Positions 1-10,349 of a DNA stretch of 64,000 nt are shown piece after piece; positions within the stretch are counted from its first letter, which is position 1; every line of letters starts with the position of its first letter. The position numbers and the translations under genes were made by a program. This stretch comes from Cytophagales bacterium (lineage in GTDB: Bacteria; Bacteroidota; Bacteroidia; Cytophagales; Cyclobacteriaceae). The stretch is from contig JAKSBZ010000165.1 in NCBI GenBank assembly GCA_022360875.1, positions 4,395 to 68,394 on the forward strand, read 5' to 3'. The notes beneath the pieces are model-generated. The model was not told the DNA's origin. It saw only the letters and a list, made by a program, of their open reading frames with translations, and searched no databases.

Positions 1-215
1 CCTCGAATAATCCCCACTGCTTTCAGCTCCCTTAAGTGCTGACTTACTGTTGCCTGAGCCAGACCCAACTCCTTCACTAAATCACTGTTAATGCATTCAC
101 TCGCGTTTAGAAGATGTGAAATAATCGCTATTCTCGCTGGATGTGCCAAAGCCTTAGCCAAAGCTGCCAATTCATTCTGTTCCTCTGTAAATAATTCTCT
201 TTTAGTAATTCCCAT
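1..215 (-). CDS. ArsR/SmtB-family HTH transcriptional regulator (N-terminal part; gene continues beyond window start)
   Basis: Hand translation of the minus strand from the ATG at 215-213 gives [72 protein letters not shown]. This is the typical ArsR winged-helix signature (LAHPARxxIL...LSQxTVSxHLxxL). The ORF is not in the track because it is truncated by the window edge. Confidence 0.75.
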   Translation of the reverse strand, partial: MGITKRELFTEEQNELAALAKALAHPARIAIISHLLNASECINSDLVKELGLAQATVSQHLRELKAVGIIR

Positions 216-502
216 AGATCTAAACCGAAATGTTCAAAGCGCAGTAATTTTTTCTCAATCAATTTTCTGAAACAGCTTTAATTCATAACAAGGAACATCG
301 GTGCCCTCTGCATTATCCAACCCGAAATTCTAGCTTACAAGTTAGCCTGCAGCCAATAATTGGAAAATAGCTTACAGCTAAAATAAACAAAATTTGAGAT
401 TACCAAAAAGCCAAACGCCTGAAATACAAAAACAACATACCATTGCAAAACTGGCAATCAAGAAATGAAGAAAAATACAGATTAAAAATACAGATATCCC
501 GC

Positions 503-1198
503 TCAGCTTCGGACAGAGGACATGCCGCCGTCAACATGGATTATCTGACCTGTAATCCAGTTTGATTTTTCCGATAGCAGAAACTCAGCCATCTGGGCGA
601 TATCATCTGCCTCGCCGACCCTCCTGAGCGGATGCCTTTTGCCGTGTGCCTGCTTCTTTTCATCGTTGCCCAGCAACACCGAAGCAAGCGGCGTATCGGT
701 TAGAGAAGGCGCAATGCAGTTCACACGGATATTGGGCGCAAGCTCAGCGGCCAGAGCACGCGTTAACCCTTCGACAGCTCCTTTGGAACTCGCCACAAGA
801 GAGTGGTAAGGGAAACCACACTGAACAGCGACAGTTGAAAACAATACAATTGACGCGTTTTTGCTTTTTTGCAAACGGTCGAGTGCCTTCGAAATAATGC
901 GAACCGCTCCCAGAACCTGCAGTTCATAATCCTGGATATATTCATCCGCTGAGATTCGAGAGAACGGCTTTAAGCTAATGCTGCCCGGACAGTACACAAG
1001 ACCGTCGAGCACCTCAGGCAAAAAATTAAGATCGAAGGTATCGTTTCTTGCGTCCAAAGAAAAATATTGCAGATTATCCGAGTCTTTTTCCTCGTGCCGT
1101 AAATAAGTACCGTATACTTGATTGCCGGCCGATGCAAGCTGACGCGCAAGCTGTTTGCCTATTCCGGACGATGCTCCAATTATCAGATAATTTCTCAT
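503..1198 (-). CDS. SDR-family (short-chain dehydrogenase/reductase) oxidoreductase
   Basis: 231 aa. N-terminal Rossmann motif IIGASSGIGKQLA, and SSKGAVEGLTRALAAELAPNIRVNCIAP as in classical SDRs. Confidence 0.8.
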   Translation of the reverse strand: MRNYLIIGASSGIGKQLARQLASAGNQVYGTYLRHEEKDSDNLQYFSLDARNDTFDLNFLPEVLDGLVYCPGSISLKPFSRISADEYIQDYELQVLGAVRIISKALDRLQKSKNASIVLFSTVAVQCGFPYHSLVASSKGAVEGLTRALAAELAPNIRVNCIAPSLTDTPLASVLLGNDEKKQAHGKRHPLRRVGEADDIAQMAEFLLSEKSNWITGQIIHVDGGMSSVRS

Positions 1199-1288
1199 GG
1201 AATTTTTAATTTTCTTTCTGAAAAAAAATCAAAAACAATTCCATGACAGCTCAAAGAATGCCAAGTCTAACCCGCTGTATACATCAGG

Positions 1289-2578
1289 TTATTGCATTTC
1301 TTCGGTGACTGGAGGACCCGCTACCACTTCCACCATCGAAGACGGATCCAGATATTTCAACGCCAGATCCCGCAGTTCTTTTGGAGTGATATGCTGAATC
1401 TTGTCAATGTACTTGTCAAAATATTCATAACCCAAACCGTACAAATAAACGGACTTGAACTTTTCGGCAAGAGCAAACGGATTGCTGATGCTTGAAAGAA
1501 ACTGTCCGAGAATATACCGCCTTGCCCGCTCCAGTTCCTCCGCCGGTACTTCAACTGAGCGAAGGCACTCAATTTCCTCACGAATAGCCTCCAGCGCCTC
1601 TTTTGTGTTTTCACTTTTCACTTCGGCGGCTACCATCCAGTATCCTTGCTGTATCATGGGAACCAGCGCAGCATGAATCCCGTAAGTCAATCCTTTCTCT
1701 TCCCGAATTCTTTTCATCAGCCGGGAGCCAAAAAATCCTCCCAGCAAACCACTAAGGATCGAAAATCCGAAAAAATCAGGATGGTCCTTGGTAAACATCT
1801 TCTTGCCCAGCCTGACTGCACTTTGCATAGCGCCGTCTTTTTCCGCATAGTAAGATTTTGGCTCAATATCTCCCGACAGATTTAGCTCTCTAAAACTTCG
1901 AATTTGGAAAGATTTGTTTTTTTCAAAAACATCCCCGATAACCCGCAAGTCAGATTCTGAAAAATTACCGCTAACCAAAAGCTGGTAATTGTCTTTCAAC
2001 TGTTCATCATGATAGGCAATACAATCTTCCCGGCATATTTCCTCAATATGCTCCGGCTTTTCGATGCGCCCGTACGGCTCGCCGGGGAACAATATGTTTT
2101 TGAACATCGAAGAAGCCATATACGCCGGACGCTCCTGGTTAATTATGAGCGACTGCAAAGCCTGAGCTTTAAGAATCTCCAGCTCCTCATCCGGAAAAGA
2201 CGCTTCCTGAACGAGTTCCCTCAGCAAAGGAGCCAGCACCGGAAGCTGCTTGGTCAGACAATACAGAGACACAGACGAATACTCACCCCCAACCGAAACA
2301 TCAACTTGGGCTCCGTAAAAATCTATGAGATTGGAAATGTCGTTAGCCGATTTTGTGCGCGTCCCTTCGGCCAGCATATGGAATGTGAAAAAAGCTGCCT
2401 GAGGCTTCGCTTCATAATTGCTTCCGGAGTTGACAATAAGCTCAACCTTTATCACTTCTTGAGTCCCCGCCCTGACATAATGCACAGGCACGTTGTTGTT
2501 CAGGAATATCGTCTGGGCTTTTTCAAAATCAAAATTATCGATGGAAGCCGCTTTGGGAGCCGCGGATCGGTCTAGCAT
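1289..2578 (-). CDS. M16 (pitrilysin/insulinase) family peptidase-like protein, probably non-catalytic
   Basis: ORF 1289..2647; the likely start is the internal Met (MLDRSAAPK) at 2578. It has the M16 two-domain length and motifs (GLTYGIHA, EELERARRYILGQ). There is no HxxEH zinc motif; the equivalent position reads FHMLAEGT. Confidence 0.7.
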   Translation of the reverse strand: MLDRSAAPKAASIDNFDFEKAQTIFLNNNVPVHYVRAGTQEVIKVELIVNSGSNYEAKPQAAFFTFHMLAEGTRTKSANDISNLIDFYGAQVDVSVGGEYSSVSLYCLTKQLPVLAPLLRELVQEASFPDEELEILKAQALQSLIINQERPAYMASSMFKNILFPGEPYGRIEKPEHIEEICREDCIAYHDEQLKDNYQLLVSGNFSESDLRVIGDVFEKNKSFQIRSFRELNLSGDIEPKSYYAEKDGAMQSAVRLGKKMFTKDHPDFFGFSILSGLLGGFFGSRLMKRIREEKGLTYGIHAALVPMIQQGYWMVAAEVKSENTKEALEAIREEIECLRSVEVPAEELERARRYILGQFLSSISNPFALAEKFKSVYLYGLGYEYFDKYIDKIQHITPKELRDLALKYLDPSSMVEVVAGPPVTEEMQ

Positions 2579-2847
2579 ACGCCACAATTCAGTGTAAATG
2601 TGAATAGATATTGACTGTAGAAATCTCAAACAAATTTTACTAAGCAAAAACAGAATTATGCACTTCGTACCAGTGTTTTTTCCTTAGTGATTTTTTGTCA
2701 GCAATAAAACTTAGATGAGTGCCTGGTAATTTTAAACAGTTCCTTGCAATACAGTCCAAACTTTTTGAAAACCCAAATATTCAAAAAAGGAACGTACTTT
2801 CAAGCACGTTCCTCCATTTTATACTCAATATCTTAAATTTTTCTGTA

Positions 2848-4005
2848 TTACTCCACGATAGATTCAGTCTCAGCTTCTTGCCCAAAATTGAACAGCAGTG
2901 TAAAACGAAGTGTTTCTCCCAGCGGGTGATTCTGTTTCAGTGAATACAGGTAGGCAAAGTCTAGACCCAAACGCTGATAACGGGCACCGATGCCAAGAGT
3001 AACATACTTGCGGCCTCCCTTGTCATCATTTTCATAAAAGAATCCTGTACGGGCGGCGAAATACTCCTGGTACCAGTACTCTGCTCCTGCACTGAGCGTA
3101 ATTTCCTTTAGCTCTTCAGAAAACGGTGCATCGCCAAAGGATGAGAACATGCCTCCCAAAGCGGACTTGTCAGAAACTCTTCGAACAGTTTGATTATTCT
3201 CTTCAACTACTTCAGGAGTAGGCACCAGCAGTTTGTTTAAATCAAGCGCAAGAGTAATGCTGTTGTAATGGTCTAGCTGCATCTTGTAAGCAGTACCCAG
3301 TTTTAGGTTGGTAGGCAAAAAGTTCTTCTGCCCTTCATCCACATATGAAATTTTTCCCCCAATATTGGAAATAGCCACTCCCCAGGAGAATTTGTTTTCC
3401 AACCCGTTTCTGAAAATCGGTTTGGTATAATAAAGGCCAATATCGGTAGAAGCCGTGCTTCCCGGAGAAACATCTTCAAGTCCGTCTCCCAAGTCTGAAT
3501 AAATATAACGAAGCGTAACCCCCAACGAAAGCCTGTCACTCATTTTTCTAGAATAGGATGCTCCAAGGGCAAACTCTGTAGGATTTCCTTCTCCAGTTGG
3601 ATTGTTGTTTACATCCCTGAATTCAATTCGGCCCACTTCAAAATAACGGAAAAAATAGCCTACGGCCTGCTCTTCGCCGATTTTACTATAGCCCGAAAGA
3701 TATGCCACATAAGAATCGTTGATGAGTTTCCCCAGCCACGGCGTATAAGAAATAGAAAGGCCGTTCTTCGGTTTGTTGAATGCCAGCTGTCCTACGTTGT
3801 AAAAAGTCGAATTCGGTGTCGGATCTGTAGCAACGCCTACATCTCCCATTCCCGCATGCCGTGCGTCCGGAGTAATAGTTAAAAAGGGAACTGCTGTAGA
3901 AATCGGATTCTTCTCTAAATCTTGCCCAGAGAGTTGGGCAAAGGCCGTATTCATATTAAAAAAAACACACGCGGCCAGCCCTGCCATTAGTTTAAATCTA
4001 TTCAT
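2848..4005 (-). CDS. porV: T9SS outer-membrane shuttle protein PorV (LptO)
   Basis: 385 aa. Signal peptide, conserved N-terminal PFLTITPDARHAGMGDVGVATDP block, beta-barrel-like alternating sequence to the C-terminus. It lies directly downstream of porU. Confidence 0.85.
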   Translation of the reverse strand: MNRFKLMAGLAACVFFNMNTAFAQLSGQDLEKNPISTAVPFLTITPDARHAGMGDVGVATDPTPNSTFYNVGQLAFNKPKNGLSISYTPWLGKLINDSYVAYLSGYSKIGEEQAVGYFFRYFEVGRIEFRDVNNNPTGEGNPTEFALGASYSRKMSDRLSLGVTLRYIYSDLGDGLEDVSPGSTASTDIGLYYTKPIFRNGLENKFSWGVAISNIGGKISYVDEGQKNFLPTNLKLGTAYKMQLDHYNSITLALDLNKLLVPTPEVVEENNQTVRRVSDKSALGGMFSSFGDAPFSEELKEITLSAGAEYWYQEYFAARTGFFYENDDKGGRKYVTLGIGARYQRLGLDFAYLYSLKQNHPLGETLRFTLLFNFGQEAETESIVE

Positions 4006-4066
4006 CCTATAAAAGTAAGTGTCTATGGTTGAGTGATTAAAAGATCACTAAAAATACGATCTATTT

Positions 4067-7000
4067 CTATTTTTTCACTACGATTCTTCCAAAATATTTC
4101 TTTTGAAATGAATCAGAAGCGGATTTCACAAGCAATTGATACACATAAACACCGGAAGGAAACCCTCCCTGCACCTGTTTTCGCAGATCAATGTCAATTT
4201 CGTCAATGCGCTTTCGGCTTTCGGCAAACTCCCAGTCCTTCTCATATAGAAGCCCGCCCTGTATGGAAAGCACCTTTAGATTCACCTCCAAATCGTCCCC
4301 CTCACGGTTGTGCTCAAAGGTAAGATTGGCTTCGGATTTAACCGGATTGGGATATACCGACACCTCTTCAATATCGAGTTCAGGCAAATCAGTCACCTGC
4401 ACATTGAAAATCTTCTCATTCATGTTATTGTGCAAATCCCAAGCTTGAATTTTCAGCTGATGACTGCCAAGCGTGAGGCTCGTTCTGAAACGGACTTCCC
4501 CTCCTTCACCGTTATTGAAAAAATCCTCATTCAAAAAAACAGTCTCCGAATCATCGATTATTAACTTCAGACTATGCGACTCATCTGATTCGCTAATATT
4601 TATACCGCTTTCATCCTGCAAACTCAGCCGCCAATCTGCTATGGGCTGTATGTGCATGCCTTTCTGATACGGTGTTCCTTCGGCATGTTTCAGCAACATT
4701 GCAGGAGGATCGCTGTCTTGTGCATCTGCGGAAACGCCGCCCAACCTCAGGCCTCCGAAACTTCCCGTCAGATATTTTCCCTGCAAAGTGTCTGTAGCCG
4801 AAAAGCGGATAAATGCGCTCTGCTCTTCCGTGCCAATATCCTTGGGTAGCGTAACTTCCTGGCTGAATACGCCATTTCGCACACTTACAATTCCCCGATA
4901 GAACACATTCTCTCTGTGATACGGATACGGACTGCTCTTGTATCCCTTTGTATAACGCGTAACCGGTTCGCCCACAAGCTCCATAACCATTCCTCCGTTA
5001 AATCCTGCAAGAGGAGCGCCCGCCTCATCAACCAGCTTGCCTTGAAACGCAACCGGCTCCAATGCCTGCAGGACAGGAAGCTGCTCTTCAGCCGCGGTTT
5101 CGTTGACGCGAGTAAGCCGCACAGTACCTCTGCTTTTGGAAATCGCCATCGATGGATCGCCAAGCAATATAAAATTTCGGTTGCCAACTCCGCTCAGCGC
5201 ATTGTTTTTTGTCTGAACAAACACTTCGCCCAGCGTCTTTCCCTGTCGGCGGCCTTCAAACATCGCTTCGTACAAAGCCACGTTCAAACGCTCGTTGCTG
5301 GTATTGTACACCGGCCTCGAAGTAGTCACCAAAGCAACTCCACCCGCTTTTCTGCGGAACAAAATACGCTCCGCCCCGCTGCTCTGAAAAGGATCGTCGT
5401 GACGCCCGAACTGACAGGTCGCCGTAACAAAAATTGGATAACGATTTTTGTTCAGCCACGTATCAATGGACTCATGGGTTACAATGCCCTCATGGGCCAA
5501 CTGGTCTTCACGGCCGTGCCCGATGTAGTTGACCATAAACGCTCCCTTTTCCACAGCTTTTCTAATCATGCTGACGGCCTCAGGCGACGTTCCGTCTCCG
5601 TTGTCCTCAATCTGCGGCACTGCATCCAAATAAATTTTATTCACTTTAAAGGAAGGGTCACCGGCAAGCATACGTTCGCTCAAAAGCTCCCCGGAACGCG
5701 TGTGGCTGTTATTATCCCCATCATCAGCAATCAGCACCACATTCTGATTCCAAGAACCCAGCGCCTGGTCACTCTCATAAGCTTTCAGCTTTTCCAAAAA
5801 ATATTTTACCTGCCTTGAGTCAGTAGCCGGAAGCCTGCCCACAGCTATTTCCAAGGTTTCGTTGTGGCTGCCGGTTTCATGCCACTCCCCTTCTGAATCT
5901 TCCAGAAGCCCAAAATAATCATCTGAAACATAGCTGAAAACCGGATCCAGTGAGTTGTATGATTCATACGAAGGAACGAATGGCGCGACAGCAACATTCG
6001 GATTTTTGGTCAATCCCCTGTAATCAAAACTGCTGCGGCCAATCAAAAACAAGTACTTCAGGCGTTGCCCTCCCTGTTTATAAAGATAGCGCATATAATC
6101 GCGAACAGCGCTTACATCCATGCGGCCGCCGGAAAACTCATTGTACACCTGTTCAATGTCCGCGGCTTTGATATTCAAGCCGGATAAACCCCGCCTATAG
6201 CTCACGAAATCTAGCGCTTCGTTTTTGAAATCGGAATGATAAATCACAACCATCTGGGGACTGAGATCGCCCTTTAGGTTCTGGTTCGCAACCGGTGAAA
6301 CGTAATCGGGACTCGGAAGCTCCTCGGGCGTAAAAAGAAAATATGATTTCCAGCTTTCTGAAGTAGTAATAAAAGCCTGCCTCCCTTCATAGGTTCCCAT
6401 GCCCATTTTCCGGACAGCATGCAAATCCGTCACATCCCACACCTGCGCCGAAGAATTTGAGTTCCGCACTTTCGCCAGCGCCGGCCCGCCCAGCACAAAC
6501 TCGAAAGCCTTTTCTTCCAGCGCCAGTTCTCTTCGGTAATTGACCGCAGCAAAATCCAGATTGATTGTTCCTGAGCCCTTCCACTCCAATCGCAGCTGTT
6601 CGCCGCCTGAATAGGGAGCCGAAAAAAATCGATCATCCTCAATTCCCTGAACGCAGTACTGACAAACCGTATGTCCCCCGATATCATGTACGCCTACCTG
6701 GCTTCCGTTTGCAGTAAGCTGAATCTGAGCAGCATTTGCACTCCTTTTCAACAGAGCAGAATGTATCTTAAGCTCTTCGCCCGCCGCTGCCTGCGGCAAA
6801 TTAAAACCTAATGTAAAAAATCCCCCGGCGAACTGCTCTCCGTACCATTTCCGTCCCGAATTTGTAACGGGCTTCAGTATCTCGCTCTCATGATGAAGAA
6901 CAGCCGTGCCGGTTTCGGTAACCGGAGGAACCTCCTGAGGGAGCTCAAAAGACACTTCAACCACCCGCTTTCCAGTCGTTCCGCTTTCTTTCAGATGCAG

Positions 7001-7441
7001 ATAAAAAAAGCTTTCCTGCGAATAAAGATTCGTTTCCATTTCATAAAAACCCGTCTGACGCTCAACAAGCTTGTCAGCGGCAACACCCCAGAAAAGCAAA
7101 TAATCATTCGCATCAAAACGTCCGTCGCCGCCGTCTGCCACCTGAATAGCGCATTCCCGCAAACCAAAGCTTCGCTCCGCCGCATTTGCCTGCGGAAGCA
7201 TTCCCTCTTCCGAAGCATATACTGCCAAACGATTGGAAGCGACTCCCGTCCAGTCTATCCCGCGGTCTCTAAGCCATTTTCCTGTGATGCGATAAACAGA
7301 GCGCTCCTGAACCTGCAGCTTGTGCCATTCGCCGGAAGACAGAACAGAAGACTGCCCATTCGACAGAATACTTGAAAATAAAAACAGCGTTAAAAAAACT
7401 AAAAAGCTAAAAAACGAAGAACACGGAAATCCTTGACGCAT
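4067..7441 (-). CDS. porU: T9SS C-terminal signal peptidase/sortase PorU (peptidase C25 family)
   Basis: ORF 4067..7489; the likely start is MRQGFPCSSFF at 7441. About 1125 aa with a signal peptide, a gingipain-like core and its own C-terminal sorting-domain-like tail (VYPNPVKSEANLTFEH...SGVYVYQLLVKS). It is adjacent to porV. Confidence 0.85.
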   Translation of the reverse strand: MRQGFPCSSFFSFLVFLTLFLFSSILSNGQSSVLSSGEWHKLQVQERSVYRITGKWLRDRGIDWTGVASNRLAVYASEEGMLPQANAAERSFGLRECAIQVADGGDGRFDANDYLLFWGVAADKLVERQTGFYEMETNLYSQESFFYLHLKESGTTGKRVVEVSFELPQEVPPVTETGTAVLHHESEILKPVTNSGRKWYGEQFAGGFFTLGFNLPQAAAGEELKIHSALLKRSANAAQIQLTANGSQVGVHDIGGHTVCQYCVQGIEDDRFFSAPYSGGEQLRLEWKGSGTINLDFAAVNYRRELALEEKAFEFVLGGPALAKVRNSNSSAQVWDVTDLHAVRKMGMGTYEGRQAFITTSESWKSYFLFTPEELPSPDYVSPVANQNLKGDLSPQMVVIYHSDFKNEALDFVSYRRGLSGLNIKAADIEQVYNEFSGGRMDVSAVRDYMRYLYKQGGQRLKYLFLIGRSSFDYRGLTKNPNVAVAPFVPSYESYNSLDPVFSYVSDDYFGLLEDSEGEWHETGSHNETLEIAVGRLPATDSRQVKYFLEKLKAYESDQALGSWNQNVVLIADDGDNNSHTRSGELLSERMLAGDPSFKVNKIYLDAVPQIEDNGDGTSPEAVSMIRKAVEKGAFMVNYIGHGREDQLAHEGIVTHESIDTWLNKNRYPIFVTATCQFGRHDDPFQSSGAERILFRRKAGGVALVTTSRPVYNTSNERLNVALYEAMFEGRRQGKTLGEVFVQTKNNALSGVGNRNFILLGDPSMAISKSRGTVRLTRVNETAAEEQLPVLQALEPVAFQGKLVDEAGAPLAGFNGGMVMELVGEPVTRYTKGYKSSPYPYHRENVFYRGIVSVRNGVFSQEVTLPKDIGTEEQSAFIRFSATDTLQGKYLTGSFGGLRLGGVSADAQDSDPPAMLLKHAEGTPYQKGMHIQPIADWRLSLQDESGINISESDESHSLKLIIDDSETVFLNEDFFNNGEGGEVRFRTSLTLGSHQLKIQAWDLHNNMNEKIFNVQVTDLPELDIEEVSVYPNPVKSEANLTFEHNREGDDLEVNLKVLSIQGGLLYEKDWEFAESRKRIDEIDIDLRKQVQGGFPSGVYVYQLLVKSASDSFQKKYFGRIVVKK

Positions 7442-7629
7442 AGGAAAACAGATTTTTATACAAAACTGTGCTTTGCGAGCGCAAATCATACAGTTTAAAA
7501 AACTGCCTCATGAGAACCCAATCCAGTCCACTTTATCTTTTTGCGCTCAATAAATTAATGATAATACTTTTTATATGTTTAACCAAACAAACCAATCGTC
7601 ACTTATTCAGCCAAACATATGCAATTGGA

Positions 7630-8316
7630 CTAGCTTCTGTTCGACAGCCACGAGACCAGCACATAAACCAATATGACAAACGGAACTGCCGCAATTTGAA
7701 AAAACGCCAACATACCCAAAGAGAACAGCATAAACATATATTTCAGCTTGTTGTCCTTCCATGCATATGTTTTGAATTTCATAGCCATCATTGGCACCTC
7801 GGCCACCAAAAGCAGCGACATCACTACAACGATTGCCAGCAGCACCCAATAGTTCTGCAAATAAACGCCCATCCCTAAGGTATTCTGAGCGACCAGATAC
7901 GGAAGCGATCCGACAAAAAGCGCATTGCCCGGCGTCGGCATTCCGATGAAGCCCATAGCCTGGCGCGTGTCTACATTAAACTTTGCCAAACGCAGCGCGG
8001 AAAGAGCCGCCATAAAGAACGCCAAATATGGCAGCCAAGCACTTTCTGTTGCTTGCGCCATCAAGTTGAAAATGATTACAGAAGGAAGCACTCCGAAGGT
8101 AACCATATCCGCCAGCGAGTCCAGTTCTTTACCGATCGGTGAACTGGATTTGGTCAGCCGCGCTGCAAAGCCGTCGAAAAAATCAAAGATTCCTCCCAGC
8201 ACAATCATATAAGTTCCCATCATTACCGAACCCTGCAGCACTTGCACCACGCCAATACACCCGCACACCAAATTTCCGCAGGTCAGGGCATTAGGCAAAC
8301 TTTTCAATACTCTCAT
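7630..8316 (-). CDS. pssA: CDP-diacylglycerol--serine O-phosphatidyltransferase (CDP-alcohol phosphatidyltransferase family)
   Basis: CDP-alcohol motif DGFAARLTKSSSPIGKELDSLADMV (D-G-x2-A-R-x8-G-x3-D-x3-D) and multiple TM segments. The start is taken at MRVLKSLPNALT (8316). Confidence 0.8.
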   Translation of the reverse strand: MRVLKSLPNALTCGNLVCGCIGVVQVLQGSVMMGTYMIVLGGIFDFFDGFAARLTKSSSPIGKELDSLADMVTFGVLPSVIIFNLMAQATESAWLPYLAFFMAALSALRLAKFNVDTRQAMGFIGMPTPGNALFVGSLPYLVAQNTLGMGVYLQNYWVLLAIVVVMSLLLVAEVPMMAMKFKTYAWKDNKLKYMFMLFSLGMLAFFQIAAVPFVILVYVLVSWLSNRS

Positions 8317-8477
8317 TTCTTTTATTTTTTCTACTCTGAAAAATTTCACTTGCACTTTTACATCTTCACCGACTTTTTCAAAAAAGCACTCAGCTGCTTT
8401 TGAAAAATCCCGCTAAACAAGTCAGTGAAACATTTCAACCTTAACAATTGCCAGTGCTTTTTTTCCGGTTGACAAGC

Positions 8478-9125
8478 TTAGTTCAGCCGGCAAAACGGAT
8501 TCGTGCGCTTCTCTTCGCCGACAGTCGTAGTTTCGCCGTGCCCCGAATAAACCGTTGTATCGTCCGGAAGCGCAAACAGCTTGGTCCGGATGCTGCTGAT
8601 AAGCGTATCGTAATCGCCCAAAGGCAAATCAGTCCGCCCGATGCTCTGCCGGAAAAGAGCGTCCCCGACCAAACAGGCTTTCTGTTTCTCACAGTAAAAT
8701 GCCACATTGCCCGGTGCATGTCCCGGAACCCAAATCACTTTCCATTCCGAATTTCCAATGGAAATCATCTGCCCTTCCTCAATAAAATAATCTGCTTCAG
8801 CATGCTGGTACAAGGGAAAGCCATAGTGCTGCGCCGTAACCGGATTCGATTCCAGAATCGGCAAATCAGCACGGTGAATGCCCAGCGGCAAGCCAAAAGT
8901 CTCCTTTGCCCAGGCATTGCCCAAAACATGATCAATGTGGCAATGCGTGTTCAGCAAATGCTTAAGCTCAATATTCTCTGCCTTAATAAAGCGATGCAAC
9001 TCCTGCTGTTCCGTTTGGTCATTGCAACCCGGATCAACCAATGCCCCTTCTTTGGTTTCGGTATCGTAAACCAAATATGTATTCTCCATAAAGGGATTAA
9101 AAGTAAAGGCTTTTATCTGTATCAT
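8478..9125 (-). CDS. MBL-fold metallo-hydrolase (glyoxalase II-like)
   Basis: 215 aa with the HCHIDHV (HxHxDH) metal-binding motif, and later GHAPG and SGHG histidines. Confidence 0.8.
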   Translation of the reverse strand: MIQIKAFTFNPFMENTYLVYDTETKEGALVDPGCNDQTEQQELHRFIKAENIELKHLLNTHCHIDHVLGNAWAKETFGLPLGIHRADLPILESNPVTAQHYGFPLYQHAEADYFIEEGQMISIGNSEWKVIWVPGHAPGNVAFYCEKQKACLVGDALFRQSIGRTDLPLGDYDTLISSIRTKLFALPDDTTVYSGHGETTTVGEEKRTNPFCRLN

Positions 9126-9270
9126 TGATGTTTTTTTTATTTCAAAAATTTATAACACACTCACACAAAAGTAAAAATTTTATTCAGGAATTCATTTTCA
9201 TTTTTTTGCTTTCCCTTCGAAGCGCTTTACTTTTAAAATCAAACTAAAAACAAGGACTCAACAACAAAAC

Positions 9271-10317
9271 ATGACCACAGATTATATTCTCGTAGGACAC
9301 GGACTTGCCGGAGCCGTGCTTGCCCATCAACTGCTCGACTGCAAGCAAAGTCTGGTTGTCTACAACTTAGACAATCCCCGCAGTTCATCCCGCGTGGCAG
9401 GAGGTATTTTCAACCCAATTACCGGACGGAAAATGGTAAAAACCTGGAAGGCCGATGAACTGTTTCCCTTCCTGTTTCATTTTTACAAAAAACTGGAAAA
9501 AAAACTGGGAGCCTCATTCTTCCACCCCTTACCCATCTGCCGGCCCTTCCTCTCTCCTGAGGAACACAACAACTGGACAGTGAAAGGCACAGAACCTGAG
9601 TATGCTCCTTATGTTGAAAAAGTGGCCAGCGCAGCGGAATCCGACACGTGCCTTAGGCATCATTTTGGGAGCTTAATTCTTAGACAGACCGGATACGTAG
9701 ATTTAAGCACAATACTGGAATCCAGCAAATTATACCTGAAAAAGCTGAATGCTTACAAAGAAGAAGCTTTCGACGAATCATTGCTTCAATTTGAAAAAAA
9801 CGGGATTTCTTACCAGGGCATAAAGGCGAAAAAAATAATCTTTTGCAACGGAGAAGCTTTAAGAAAAAGCAAATACTTTGGCCGGCTCCCGTTTCGTTTA
9901 GTTAAAGGAGAGGTGCTGGACATTCAGTCTGACAAATTGCCTAAAAACAAAATCCTGAATCGCGGAGCTTTTGTACTTCCCTGCAAAGACCATTTCAGGG
10001 CCGGGGCAACTTACGACTGGCAAAACCTTAGCTTGGAAACAACAGAGAAAGCTTGCGGACAGCTTTGCAAAAAGCTGGACACGCTCCTGTCCGTTTCTTA
10101 TGAAGTAATCGGACAGCAAGCGGGTATTCGCCCCGCCACTTTCGACCGGCGCCCTTTTGTTGGAGTCCATCCTGAATATCCGGATTTGGCTGTGTTTAAC
10201 GGATTAGGCACTAAGGGCGTGTCACTCGCCCCATACTTCGGCGATCAATTGGTGAGATTTTTAGTAAAAAAATCGGAAAAAATTGATCCGGAAGTGGATA
10301 TGAAACGTGTTTTTTAG
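9271..10317 (+). CDS. FAD-dependent oxidoreductase (DAO family)
   Basis: 348 aa. N-terminal dinucleotide-binding motif ILVGHGLAGAVLA, and C-terminal GLGTKGVSLAP typical of the DAO fold. Confidence 0.7.
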   Translation: MTTDYILVGHGLAGAVLAHQLLDCKQSLVVYNLDNPRSSSRVAGGIFNPITGRKMVKTWKADELFPFLFHFYKKLEKKLGASFFHPLPICRPFLSPEEHNNWTVKGTEPEYAPYVEKVASAAESDTCLRHHFGSLILRQTGYVDLSTILESSKLYLKKLNAYKEEAFDESLLQFEKNGISYQGIKAKKIIFCNGEALRKSKYFGRLPFRLVKGEVLDIQSDKLPKNKILNRGAFVLPCKDHFRAGATYDWQNLSLETTEKACGQLCKKLDTLLSVSYEVIGQQAGIRPATFDRRPFVGVHPEYPDLAVFNGLGTKGVSLAPYFGDQLVRFLVKKSEKIDPEVDMKRVF

Positions 10318-10349
10318 TTATATTTTAATATAATTTCATTTCCTTCAGT

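Noticed and set aside
471-497. Tandem direct repeat AAAATACAGAT x2 and nearby TAGCTTACA repeats / the CCAATAATTGG palindrome (353-363) between the SDR and ArsR genes.
   Set aside because: These are short, AT-rich and explicable by chance in an AT-rich spacer. They show no clear resemblance to the 12-2-12 ArsR/SmtB operator pattern.
503-1198. The SDR appears to lack the canonical catalytic YxxxK. The residue four positions before the conserved Lys in ...PYHSLVASSKGAV... is Val, and a Tyr sits eight residues before the Lys.
   Set aside because: This rests on an alignment done by eye, and a one- or two-residue register shift or family-specific variation could explain it. That is not strong enough to claim an inactive or atypical enzyme.
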